Shown piece after piece: positions 38,112-47,746 of a stretch of 58,715 nt of DNA. Under the pieces are notes generated by a model that was given only the letters and a program-made list of their open reading frames with translations, was not told the DNA's origin and did not search any database. Positions within the stretch are counted from its first letter, which is position 1, and the number at the start of each line of letters is the position of its first letter. A program made the position numbers and the translations under genes. The stretch is from Chloroflexota bacterium (GTDB lineage: Bacteria > Chloroflexota > Dehalococcoidia > UBA2979), in assembly GCA_009839925.1 (NCBI GenBank), contig VXOS01000142.1, positions 69,110 to 127,824 of the forward strand, read 5' to 3'.

Positions 38112-38984
38112 TCAGACGGCGACCATGTCGAGCAACTGGTCGACGCTGCGCGTCTTGACGCGCAGCCGCTCCTTCGCCTCGACCAGCCGCTCGTGCATCG
38201 GAACGCTCTCGTTGGCGCGGTGCAGCAGGCCGATCGGGATGCCGGCCTCGCGCACGAGGTCGAGCGCGGCGGAGAGGTTGCCCGGGTCGTGGCTGTCCGG
38301 GATCTCCCAGGCGCCGGGGTCGATGCCCTTGGCCGGGTTGCCCTTCAGCGCCTCGTAGGTGTCGTTGTACGTCGTGCAGGGCGACTGCACGTGGACGATC
38401 GAGAAGCCCGGGTAGTCCATCGCCTCGCCGATCTGCTGGGCCAGCACGCGCGGCCGCGTCGAGATCGCGGAGACGATGAACGGCACGCCGTACGAGAGGT
38501 ACAGCAGCAGCGGGTTCACCGGGTCGTCGAGCTTGCCGTAGGGCGTGGTCGGCGTGATCTGGCCGAACTCGGTCGTCGGCGAGGCCTGGCCCTTGGTGAG
38601 CCCGTAGACGCCGTTGTCCATGATGATGCAGGTGACATCGAGGTTGCGCTTCGCAGCAGGGGCGATGTGCTCCCCGCCGATGCTGAGGAAGTCACCGTCG
38701 CCGGCGACGACCACGACGTTGAGGTCCGGCCGCGCCGACTTGACGCCGAGCGCGATCGGCAGGGTGCGGCCGTGGATGCCGTGGATGCCAAACGGCTGCG
38801 GACCCTCCTGCAGGTGCACGAGGTTCCCGGAACAGCCGATCCCGGCGACCATCACGGTCTCCTCGATCGGGCGGTTCGAGGTGTTCACCCACTCGGCGAG
38901 GGAGAGTTCGACGGCGCGCACCACCGCGAAGTCCCCGCAGCCGGGGCACCACTTGAAGTCGTAGTCGGGATTGCGCTTGGTCAT
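38112..38984 (-). CDS. korB: 2-oxoacid:ferredoxin oxidoreductase beta subunit
   Basis: WCPGCGDF, GIGCSG, HGR, GDGD...DNGVYGLTKGQ, SPC. Confidence 0.92.
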   Translation of the reverse strand: MTKRNPDYDFKWCPGCGDFAVVRAVELSLAEWVNTSNRPIEETVMVAGIGCSGNLVHLQEGPQPFGIHGIHGRTLPIALGVKSARPDLNVVVVAGDGDFLSIGGEHIAPAAKRNLDVTCIIMDNGVYGLTKGQASPTTEFGQITPTTPYGKLDDPVNPLLLYLSYGVPFIVSAISTRPRVLAQQIGEAMDYPGFSIVHVQSPCTTYNDTYEALKGNPAKGIDPGAWEIPDSHDPGNLSAALDLVREAGIPIGLLHRANESVPMHERLVEAKERLRVKTRSVDQLLDMVAV

Positions 38985-40687
38985 ACCTGAGCCAGCCTTC
39001 CGGCGCCGCAACGCTCCTGGACTCGTCCCACAAGATCCCTCACCTTGAACGGCAACCCGGTGAACTGCGTGAGCGACTCCGCAGGCACGCCGAGCTGACG
39101 CAAGATACTCGAGAACTGACCGAGGTAGTTGAGCTCCGGCACCAGCACCAGCTCCTTGCTGCGCAGGTGCTCGAGCAGCGGCGGGGGTAGCGGGTTGAGG
39201 TACATCGTGTAGCTCCACCCGATGTCCACGCCGGCCGCGCGCAGCTCCTCGTAGGCTGCGCGCGCCGCGCCCTTCGAGCCGCCCCACGGCATCAGCGCCA
39301 CGGGCGAGTCCGCGTTGTCCAGCTCGTAGTCGCCGTCCTCGAGGATCTTGAGCTTGTTGAAGCGCCGCGCCGTCATCGTCGGGTGCGTATCCGGTTGGTG
39401 GACGGTGTCGCCCTGCTCGTCGTGCTCGGAGGCGTTGGCGACGTAGGCGCCGGCCCCGCCCGGCACGGGGAAGGGCGTCACCCCGTCTCCGGCGTAGCGG
39501 CGGTTGCCCACCTCGCCCTGGGAGACGACGCGATGCTCGACGTGCGCGGTCGCGGGGTCGGGGCGCGGGATGTCCTGTGCGCGCTCGGCGAGCTGCATCT
39601 CGCTGAGCACGATCACCGGACCCTGGTACCGCTCGGCCCAGTTGAGGCCCATGATTCCGGCCGTCCAGCACTCCTCGACGGTGCCGGGCGCGATGACCGG
39701 CAGCCGCAGGTCGCCGTGGCCGGGGTTGAGGCAGGCGAGCAAGTCTGACTGCTCCGTCTTCGTCGGCAGGCCCGTGGCCGGGCCGCCGCGCTGGACGTCG
39801 ACGACCACGCAGGGGATCTCCGCCATCCAGGCGAAGCCGAGGCCCTCGCCCATCAGGCTGAGGCCCGGACCGGCCGTCGAGGTCATCGCCTTCCTGCCGG
39901 CGTAGCCCGCGCCGATGATCGTCGAGATCGACTCGATCTCGGAGCTCGCCTGGACGACCGACTTGCCCTCGCCGGTGAGGTGGTCCTCCATGAAGACGAG
40001 GATCGTCGTCGCCGGCGAGATCGGGTAGCCGACGAAGATGTCGAGGCCCGAGGTGATCGCGCCGAGCGAGAGCAGGTCGTTGCCCTTGATCACGACGCGC
40101 GGGCCGTTCTCGGACGGCGGCTCGTCGAGGTCGGAGACCTTGAAGCCCGCGCGCTCGATCTCCTGCACGCCGAGCTTCAGCGCCTCGATGTTGGCGTCGA
40201 TGATCTGCTGGTCGTTGTCGCGCCCTCGGGTGAAGCGCTCACGGATGAAGTCCTCGAAGTACTCGGGCGGCATCCCGCCGAGCGCGGCGACCGCGCCGAT
40301 CACGACCATGTTGGCCGCGCGCGGGTTGCCGGTGGAGCGCGCCAGCTCGTCGACGGCGATGCCGACGGCGTTGCCGTTGGACTCCAGCTCGAAGTCTTCC
40401 GCGTTGTAGACCAGCACACCGCCGTCGCGCAGTTCGGCGACGTGGCTCTCGTAAGCCTCGCGGTTGAGTACGACGAGGATGTCCAGTGCGTCGCCGTCGT
40501 GCTGGATCGGGTTCGTGGAGATGCGGGTCTGCGCCCAGGTGGGGCCGCCCTTGATCTGCGAGGGGTAGGTGGAATAGGTCTGCACGTGGTAGCCGACGCG
40601 GCCGGCTGCTTGCGCAAGTCCCTCGGCGGCGGTCACCTGCCCCTGGCCACCTTCACCTGCGAACCGGACGATCAGGTCTGTACTCAT
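38981..40687 (-). CDS. korA: 2-oxoacid:ferredoxin oxidoreductase alpha subunit (gamma-alpha fusion)
   Basis: AGEGGQG, IKGG, YPISPAT, TAGPG, QRGGPATGLPTKTEQSD, ELNYLGQ. Confidence 0.92.
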   Translation of the reverse strand: MSTDLIVRFAGEGGQGQVTAAEGLAQAAGRVGYHVQTYSTYPSQIKGGPTWAQTRISTNPIQHDGDALDILVVLNREAYESHVAELRDGGVLVYNAEDFELESNGNAVGIAVDELARSTGNPRAANMVVIGAVAALGGMPPEYFEDFIRERFTRGRDNDQQIIDANIEALKLGVQEIERAGFKVSDLDEPPSENGPRVVIKGNDLLSLGAITSGLDIFVGYPISPATTILVFMEDHLTGEGKSVVQASSEIESISTIIGAGYAGRKAMTSTAGPGLSLMGEGLGFAWMAEIPCVVVDVQRGGPATGLPTKTEQSDLLACLNPGHGDLRLPVIAPGTVEECWTAGIMGLNWAERYQGPVIVLSEMQLAERAQDIPRPDPATAHVEHRVVSQGEVGNRRYAGDGVTPFPVPGGAGAYVANASEHDEQGDTVHQPDTHPTMTARRFNKLKILEDGDYELDNADSPVALMPWGGSKGAARAAYEELRAAGVDIGWSYTMYLNPLPPPLLEHLRSKELVLVPELNYLGQFSSILRQLGVPAESLTQFTGLPFKVRDLVGRVQERCGAGRLAQV

Positions 40688-41068
40688 CTGTCCTTACCCC
40701 GGAGTCGCGCCTGGGAGGTCGCCGATCGATCCGAGCGGGGAGCCAGGGCCGCCAATCGCGCGCGAGCATACACGGATCGGCAACGCCGATCCGGCGACCA
40801 CCTCGCGTGGGACTCTGCGGCGTGTGATCGGGAGTGCCGTCATCGGAGCGCCCGGCCTCGCGACTGTCCTGGGGAGGTTCCCGCTGCATCGCGAATGCGA
40901 TGCTTCTTGCAAGCAGTATCGGGCGCGGATACGGCTACGTTCAACTATCAACACTCACGTTTGCGCGCGCGACTCGCGGGCCACATTCCAGCAACAGGCG
41001 TTATGGCGATCCATAGCCCTCCGGAGACCGTCGCGAGACCCTCCCCTCAGGGCAGCGAGCGCACCCTG

Positions 41069-41260
41069 TCCGGTCCCCTCGCCCCGAGGGAGAGGGCCAG
41101 GGTGAGGGCGCTTCGCCGGAGGGTCGTCGCGCCGCCGGGGCTCTTGGGGTCGCACGGGTGGTCCGGTGCGCCTGGATTCCGGCTCCACCGGAATGACGGG
41201 AGAGGGGGGCGGTCGCCCCTTTCCGGTCCCCTCGACCAGAGGGAGAGGGTTAGGTGAGGG
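41069..41260. repeat. Cluster of REP-like palindromic repeats
   Basis: Two copies of TCCGGTCCCCTCG..GAGGGAGAGGG..AGG(G)TGAGGG (41069-41108, 41222-41260) flank CTGGATTCCGG-ctcca-CCGGAATGAC (41172-41197). Confidence 0.75.
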
Positions 41261-41290
41261 AGGGCCGCCCCCGTGAGGGCCCCCGCGGCT

Positions 41291-42520
41291 TCAGGATCGC
41301 GGCAGGCCGAGGCCTCGCGTGGCGATGATGTTGCGCTGGATCTCGGAGGTCCCGCCGCCGATCGTGGCGGCGACGCACCCGACATAACCGCGTGACCAGC
41401 GAGCGCGCAGCGGCGTCCGGGGATCGTCCGTGTCCCAGAGCTGCCCGTAGAGCCCGAGTGTCTTCATGGCCGTGCGCGCGATGTGCTGCACGAGCACGTC
41501 CGTGAACAGCTTCTGCATCGACGCCTCGTAGTTGGGGATGCCGCCTCGCAGCTGCAGCGAGATCACCCGGTAGGAGAAGAGCCGCGCGAGGTGCCCCTCG
41601 ATGTAGCAGTCGGCGATCTCACCTCGCAGGGTAGGGGCGCGGTCCGCCCGTGCACGCGCCGCCATGCCGGCCGGCGCCTCGCCCTCGATCTGCCGCCGCA
41701 GGTCGTCCAGCGTGAGCAGGATGTGCACGCCGGAGCCGATCGAGGAGCGCTCGAAGTCGAGGTGCGTGGCGCCCACGTACCAGCCGCGGTTGACCTCGCC
41801 CACGACGTTCTGTGCGGGCACGCGGGCGTCCTCGAAGAAGACCTCGTTGAACTCCCGGTTGCCGTTGATCTGCTCCATCGTGCGGACGCTGATGCCGGGC
41901 GTGTCCATCGGCAGCAGCAGATAGGTGATGCCGCGGTGCTTGGGCGCGTCCGGGTCCGTGCGGAAGAGCCCGAACAGCCACTTCGCCTGGTCCGCGAACG
42001 AGGTCCAGATCTTCTGCCCGTTGAGCACGAAGTCGTCGCCGTCCCGGTCCGCCCGCGTCTGCAGCGAGGCGAGGTCCGAGCCGGCGCCGGGCTCCGAGTA
42101 GCCCTGCGCCCAGCGATCCTCGCCGCGCATCAGGCCGGGCAGGAAGCGCTGCTTCATCTCCTCCGATCCGTGCACGAGGATCGTGGCGCCCACCAGGTCC
42201 GGGACGCCGCCGCCGCCGGGGGCGCGGAAGTCGGCCAGCACCTCGTTGAGGATGAACTGCTCCTCTACGGAGAGGTCGGCGCCCCCGTACTCCTTCGGCC
42301 AGCCGGGAGCGGTCCAGCCGCGCTCGATCAGCGCCCGGCGGAACTGCTTGACCAGCGCCTGGTGCTCCTCGTCGTCCGGCCACACCGAGGCCGAGCCGGG
42401 GCCGCCGAGGCCGCTGTACCGCGCGTCGTCGCGCAGCTTCGCCGGCAGGTGCGCGTCGATGTATTCGGAGACCTCGCGTCGCCAGGCCGCCTGCTCGGGG
42501 CTGTCCGCGAAGTCGACCAT
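41291..42520 (-). CDS. Acyl-CoA dehydrogenase
   Basis: QGYSEPGAGSDLASL, NGQKIWTS, FNEVFF, IGGGTSEIQRN; GAGGAGG RBS. Confidence 0.93.
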   Translation of the reverse strand: MVDFADSPEQAAWRREVSEYIDAHLPAKLRDDARYSGLGGPGSASVWPDDEEHQALVKQFRRALIERGWTAPGWPKEYGGADLSVEEQFILNEVLADFRAPGGGGVPDLVGATILVHGSEEMKQRFLPGLMRGEDRWAQGYSEPGAGSDLASLQTRADRDGDDFVLNGQKIWTSFADQAKWLFGLFRTDPDAPKHRGITYLLLPMDTPGISVRTMEQINGNREFNEVFFEDARVPAQNVVGEVNRGWYVGATHLDFERSSIGSGVHILLTLDDLRRQIEGEAPAGMAARARADRAPTLRGEIADCYIEGHLARLFSYRVISLQLRGGIPNYEASMQKLFTDVLVQHIARTAMKTLGLYGQLWDTDDPRTPLRARWSRGYVGCVAATIGGGTSEIQRNIIATRGLGLPRS

Positions 42521-42711
42521 CGCGCCCTCCTCGGGTTCGGACCGCCGTCCGCGCAAGCATAGTGCGCGGCGCGGTGCGGGGGGCTGGGTCCGCGACGCGC
42601 GCGAGCGCCGAGACCCGGATAGCGACATAACTTATGGTGCGCTGCCCGTATCGGGGCGCCTTCGCATGATGACGTTGCGGGACCGCCGCGGACGCGCCGA
42701 GAGGGGACAGC

Positions 42712-42963
42712 GTGGTCAAGGCGTACGTGCTGATTGTCACGGACCCCGGGAGCACGCGGCACGTCACGGCCACGCTCGCGGCGCTGCCGCGCATCCACTC
42801 CGTCAGCGAGGTGATGGGGCCGTACGACATCGTCGCGGAGATCGTCGCGGAGAACCTGACCGAGATCCCCCCGATCCTTTCCGGCGAGATCCGCACCATC
42901 GAGGGCATCCAGTCCACGACCTCGCTGGTCGCGTTCCCCAGCGACAACCCGCAGTCCGGCTAG
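42712..42963 (+). CDS. Stand-alone Lrp/AsnC ligand-binding domain protein
   Basis: KAYVLI...VMGPYDIVA...IRTIEGIQSTTS; no HTH. Confidence 0.85.
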   Translation: MVKAYVLIVTDPGSTRHVTATLAALPRIHSVSEVMGPYDIVAEIVAENLTEIPPILSGEIRTIEGIQSTTSLVAFPSDNPQSG

Positions 42964-42991
42964 CGGCCGGGCGCTCTGGAGGAAGCAGCCG

Positions 42992-43474
42992 ATGGCGATC
43001 ACCCTCGAGGCCGGCGACCGCGCGCCGGCGTTCACGCTGGCGGACCAGGACGGCGAGACGCATCGCCTGAGCGACTACCGCGGGCAGACCGTCGTGTTGT
43101 ACTTCTACCCGCGGGACTTCACGCCGGGTTGCACGACGCAGGCCTGCTCCCTCCGCGACACGAACGCCGAGATCGCCGCCGAGGGCGCCGTGATCCTCGG
43201 CGTCTCCACCGACGACGCGGAGACACACCGGCGCTTCCGCGAGGAGCACGGCCTGCGCTTCCCGCTGCTCTCCGACGAGGGCGCGAAGGTCTCGACGCGC
43301 TACGGCTCGTGGGGAGAGAAGACGCTCTACGGCCGCAAGAGCATCGGCATGACGCGATCGACGTTCATCGTGGGGCCGGACGGCAAGCTGCTACGCGTCT
43401 GGAGGCGCGCCCGCGCCGCCGAGCACGGCGAGACGGTGCTCAAGGCGCTACGCGACCTCGCCGCCCGCGCGTAA
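42992..43474 (+). CDS. bcp: Peroxiredoxin Bcp
   Basis: GDRAPAFTL, VLYFYPRDFTPGCTTQAC, RSTFIV. Confidence 0.92.
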   Translation: MAITLEAGDRAPAFTLADQDGETHRLSDYRGQTVVLYFYPRDFTPGCTTQACSLRDTNAEIAAEGAVILGVSTDDAETHRRFREEHGLRFPLLSDEGAKVSTRYGSWGEKTLYGRKSIGMTRSTFIVGPDGKLLRVWRRARAAEHGETVLKALRDLAARA

Positions 43475-43892
43475 CGCGCGGGGATTGCACATACGTTACA
43501 TAAGGCTATCGATGGGTGTGTACCCCTTGACCGGTGCGGGATAGGGCCGCCGCGCGGGCAGTGTTCCGGCACGCGCCGGCTCCACATCTCGGGCGCCGTC
43601 GCTCCCCGGACTTCCACCGGCCGGTTGCAAGGATCCCTGCGCTACCACGGCCGCGCCGGGATCCGCCGGGGCTTCGGATAGCCTCCGCGCGTGCGCGCGG
43701 CAGATCGAGCGCACGCGTCCTCGATCCGGCGTTCCTCACGAGAGGGCTCGGGACGGCCATTCCCCTCGAATCGCGGAATCGCTACCGATCACGCTGGTTT
43801 GCTTCGCCCTATCTTTCTTATGTTTGAGTCGGCAAATGCGATGATAGACTCGATCGCGGCAGTCGCGACCGGAGAAGCGCGAGGGGCCCGGC

Positions 43893-45167
43893 ATGAGGCC
43901 GAACGCGGCTCGAAACGCTCTCGCCTCGGCGTTCCTGGCGCTGATCGGCGTCCTGCTCGTCGCCGCCGGTTTCCTCGCTGCCATCATCGTCGTCGACGGC
44001 AACGAGGTGGATACGGCGCCCACCGCCGTCGCGGATGTCCCCGCTATGCCGCCGCCAACTGTAGCCGCGAGCGGGCGCGGTGCGGTGTATTCCGCGCTCA
44101 TCGACGAGATCATCGCCATTCTCGAGGACGACTTCGTCGAGCCGGTCGACGGTGCAGCCCTGCTCGAGGCGGCGATCAACGGCATGGTCACCTCGCTCGG
44201 CGACCCGCACGTGGCCTACATCGACCCCCCAACGTTCGCGGTCTCGCGAGGCGACTTCCGCGGCGCCTTCCAGGGCATCGGCGCGACGATCGCGCAGCAG
44301 GACAATTATGTCGTGATCGTGCAACCGCTGCCCGGCACGCCTGCGGAGCGCGCCGGGCTTCGATCCGGCGGCATCATTCTCGAGGTCGATGGCGAGTCGA
44401 CCGCAGGCTGGAGCGTGAACGAGGCCGTGCTGCGGCTCCGCGGCGAGATCGGCAGCACCGTCGAGCTGCTGATCCGGCACGCCGACGGAAGCGAGGAGCG
44501 GGTCGCGATCACCCGTGATGAAATCCTCGTGGCCTCGGTGGACACCGAACCGCCTGGCGGGGTGCTCATGGACGGCGGCGCCAGCAAAGTCGCCGACCTC
44601 GCCTACATCCGCATCCACACCTTCACCGCCCGTACCCCGACCGAGTTGCGGCGCGCCGTCGAGGATGTCGGCGACGTGAGCGGGCTGATCCTCGACCTGC
44701 GCAGCAATCGGGGCGGTCTGCTGGTGGAGACGATGGAGACGGCAGACCTGTTCCTCGACGGCCAAACCATCGTCGTCCAAGTCGATCGCGACGGGCACGA
44801 GCAGGTCTTCAGAGCAGAGCCGGGCGTGCTGACGGACCTGCCGCTCGTGATCCTGCAGGACGAGTTCTCGGCCTCCGGCTCCGAGCTGCTCGCAGCGGCA
44901 CTGCAGGAGAACGACCGGGCAGTCGTGGTGGGCACACCCTCTTTCGGCAAGGGGACCGTCAGCCTTCCCCGCGAACTCAGCAACGGGGGCGCCCTCTACG
45001 TCTCGATCGCCCGCTGGCTGACGCCCGATCGCAACCTGATCGAAGGTCGCGGCGTCATTCCGGACATCGCGGTGGAACTCACCGCCGAGGACGTCGAGGA
45101 GCAGCGCGACGTCGCGCTGCATCGGGCGATCGACGTGCTCCGCGCGCGGGTTCCAACCTCCCTCTAA
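43893..45167 (+). CDS. S41 C-terminal processing protease, paralog 1
   Basis: TM, PDZ (FQGIGA), DLRSNRGG, SASGSE, SFGKG, WLTP. Confidence 0.9.
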   Translation: MRPNAARNALASAFLALIGVLLVAAGFLAAIIVVDGNEVDTAPTAVADVPAMPPPTVAASGRGAVYSALIDEIIAILEDDFVEPVDGAALLEAAINGMVTSLGDPHVAYIDPPTFAVSRGDFRGAFQGIGATIAQQDNYVVIVQPLPGTPAERAGLRSGGIILEVDGESTAGWSVNEAVLRLRGEIGSTVELLIRHADGSEERVAITRDEILVASVDTEPPGGVLMDGGASKVADLAYIRIHTFTARTPTELRRAVEDVGDVSGLILDLRSNRGGLLVETMETADLFLDGQTIVVQVDRDGHEQVFRAEPGVLTDLPLVILQDEFSASGSELLAAALQENDRAVVVGTPSFGKGTVSLPRELSNGGALYVSIARWLTPDRNLIEGRGVIPDIAVELTAEDVEEQRDVALHRAIDVLRARVPTSL

Positions 45168-45339
45168 CGCCGGAGCACGGGCACGCCTGCCGATTCCGGT
45201 CGACGCCGATGCGCCGGCTCTTCCCGGCTTCCGCTCACGCCCGGTCCGGGCGTGGAGGGCCGCGGTTTAAGTCGGCGATACACAGCGCGGTGGTAGACTT
45301 GATGCGTGCCGAGGCTGACACCAGTACGGGGAGCGCAGC

Positions 45340-46653
45340 ATGAACTCGAACGCGGCGCGTAACGCCCTCGTCGCCGTGCTCTCGGCGCTGATCGGCGTGC
45401 TGCTCCTCGCGGCCGGGTTCCTCGCCGCCGTGATCGTCTTCGACGAAGGTGACGAGGTCGCGGCCCCCGCCGCCGTCGCCGAGGTGACCGCCACTCCGGT
45501 GGCGGACCCCACCGAGACGCCTGAGTCCGCCTCCATCGAGGACGGCGGCACGATCCACTCGGGGATCTTCGAGGAGATCATCGACATCCTCGAAGAGGAC
45601 TTCGTCGACCCGGATCGCATCGACCGCCAGTACCTGTTCGAGGGCGCGATCGGCGGTATCTTCACCGCCCTCAACGACCCCCACTCGACCTATATCGACC
45701 CGCGAACGTTCCAGGTCTCGCGGGGCGACTTCCGGGGTGCCTTCCAGGGCATCGGCGCGACGATCGCGCAGCAGGACAATTATGTCGTGATCGTCCGCCC
45801 GCTGCCCGGCACGCCCGCCGAGCGCGCCGGCATCCAGCCGGGCGACGTCATCCTCGAGGTGGACGGCGAGTCCGCCGAGGGCTGGAGCGTCGAGAAGGCC
45901 GTGCTGCGCATCCGCGGGCGCACCGGCACGACCGTCGAACTGCTGGTCCGGCACAGCGACGGCAGCGAGGAACTGATCCCGATCACGCGCGACGAGATCC
46001 TCGTGGCCTCGGTCGGCACCGCGCCGCCGGGCGGCGTGCTCAAGGACAGCGACGACAACGAGGTCACGGACCTCGCGTACATCCGCATCAGCACCTTCAC
46101 CGCGCGCACGCCCACCGAGTTGCGGCAGGCGATCGAGGCGGCCGGCGACGTCAAGGGGCTGGTCCTCGACGTGCGCAGCAACCCCGGCGGCCTGCTGGTG
46201 GAGACCGCGCAGGTGGCCGACATGTTCCTCGACGGCGGCACGATCCTCGTGCAGGTCGATCGCGACGGGAACGAGCAGGTCTACGACGCGCAGCCGGGCG
46301 CGTTCACGGATCTGCCGATCGCGATCCTGCAGGACGAGTTCTCCGCTTCCGGCTCCGAGCTGCTGGCGGCTGCGCTCCAGGAGAACGGCCGCGCGATCGT
46401 GGTCGGCGCGAACTCCTTCGGCAAGGGCACCGTCAGCCACGCCCGCGACCTCAGCAACGGCGGCGCCGTCTACGTCTCGATCGCGCGCTGGCTGACGCCC
46501 GATCGCAACCTCATCGAGGGTCGCGGCGTTATTCCCGACATCGAGGTGGAGTTGACCGTGGAGGACATCGAGGAGCGGCGCGACGTGGCCCTGTTCCGGG
46601 CAATCGACGCGCTGCGGGCGCAGGTCGAGTCGCAGAGCTCGGCCAGCTCGTAG
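45340..46653 (+). CDS. ctpA: S41 C-terminal processing protease, paralog 2
   Basis: TM, PDZ, DVRSNPGG, SASGSE, SFGKG, WLTP. Confidence 0.9.
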   Translation: MNSNAARNALVAVLSALIGVLLLAAGFLAAVIVFDEGDEVAAPAAVAEVTATPVADPTETPESASIEDGGTIHSGIFEEIIDILEEDFVDPDRIDRQYLFEGAIGGIFTALNDPHSTYIDPRTFQVSRGDFRGAFQGIGATIAQQDNYVVIVRPLPGTPAERAGIQPGDVILEVDGESAEGWSVEKAVLRIRGRTGTTVELLVRHSDGSEELIPITRDEILVASVGTAPPGGVLKDSDDNEVTDLAYIRISTFTARTPTELRQAIEAAGDVKGLVLDVRSNPGGLLVETAQVADMFLDGGTILVQVDRDGNEQVYDAQPGAFTDLPIAILQDEFSASGSELLAAALQENGRAIVVGANSFGKGTVSHARDLSNGGAVYVSIARWLTPDRNLIEGRGVIPDIEVELTVEDIEERRDVALFRAIDALRAQVESQSSASS

Positions 46654-46729
46654 TTATGTAGCCTCTGTAGTTACTTCCCTCCCCGCCCACGCGCACCGTC
46701 GCGGGCGGCGTCGCCGGGAGAGCAGCGCC

Positions 46730-47218
46730 ATGGCAAAGCGATCACGCGGGCAACGCAAGGCACGCGACGGAGGCGCCGTCGCGACGAATCGCCGCGCCCG
46801 CTACGACTACGAGATCACACAGCGCCTCGAGGCCGGTCTGGTGCTCACCGGCTCCGAGATCAAGTCGATCCGCGCCGGCCAGGCGAACATCGCCGAGGGC
46901 TTCGGGCGCTTCCAGGACGGCGAGCTGTGGCTCTACAATGTACATATCGCTCCGTACGCGGCGGCCCGAGAGAACCACGAGCCAACGCGTCCGCGAAAGC
47001 TGCTGCTGCATCGCGGCGAGCTGAACCGGCTGGAGCGAGCGCTGCGCGAGCAGCCCGGCATGACCCTGGTCCCGCTGCGGCTCTACCTGACCCGCGGGCT
47101 GGCCAAGGTCGAGGTCGGGCTCGGTCGCGGCCGTCGCCGCTACGACAAGCGGCAGGCGATCGCGACGCGCGAGGCCGAGCGGACGATGCAGCGGGCGCTG
47201 CGCAGGGAGATGCGCTGA
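46730..47218 (+). CDS. smpB: SsrA-binding protein
   Basis: NRRARYDY, EAGLVLTGSEIKSIR, RKLLLH, YDKRQ. Confidence 0.97.
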   Translation: MAKRSRGQRKARDGGAVATNRRARYDYEITQRLEAGLVLTGSEIKSIRAGQANIAEGFGRFQDGELWLYNVHIAPYAAARENHEPTRPRKLLLHRGELNRLERALREQPGMTLVPLRLYLTRGLAKVEVGLGRGRRRYDKRQAIATREAERTMQRALRREMR

Positions 47219-47269
47219 GCCCTCCGCAGCGGAGGCAAGGCCGGACGCCGGGCGGCGCGACAGCAACGT

Positions 47270-47624
47270 GGGGACGATAGGAGTCGACAGGAGTCTACGG
47301 ACACGGATTGCGGGCCGAGGCGCCACCACCCTCGTTAAACAGGTGGCAAAACGTAACTGGCGAACGAGAACTCGCCCTCGCCGCCTAATCAGGCGGTGAC
47401 GTCGCCCCCGGGCTCAGCCCGGCAGACCGGGAGGCGGCGACGTAACGCCGGGCTGCACCCGCGAAGGCGCGCCACAGGTCTCGCGGCCAAGATTACTGGG
47501 GCTGGCCGGCCCACCCCTCGTCGGTGAAGGCAGGCCGGTGAGATCTTCTCACCGACTACGCCCGTAGCAGATCCGTGACGGACGCTCGCTGGACGGGGAG
47601 TTCGATTCTCCCCCGTCTCCACCA
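47270..47624 (+). ncRNA. ssrA: tmRNA
   Basis: 5' GGGGACG pairs with 3' CGTCTCC-ACCA (G3:U pair); TTCGATT T-loop; tag frame GERELALAA* at 47359-47388 after TAACT; downstream of smpB. Confidence 0.95.
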
Positions 47625-47667
47625 CAATCAATCCGCCCGAGGCCTGTTGGTTTCTCGAGGCTCACCC

Positions 47668-47693
47668 GAGACCGCCGGGGGCCCGGCGGTCTC
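47668..47693. terminator. GC-rich hairpin between ssrA and the convergent gene
   Basis: GAGACCGCCGGG/CCCGGCGGTCTC. Confidence 0.65.
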
Positions 47694-47746
47694 TGCTTGT
47701 ACCCGGACTCGCTCACTGGATGCGGGCGAGAGCAGGCGGCGCGGCC

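Noticed and set aside
43510-43810. Possible ncRNA or small gene between bcp and the S41 protease
   Set aside because: Only short GC hairpins and motif-less ORFs; no recognisable RNA family
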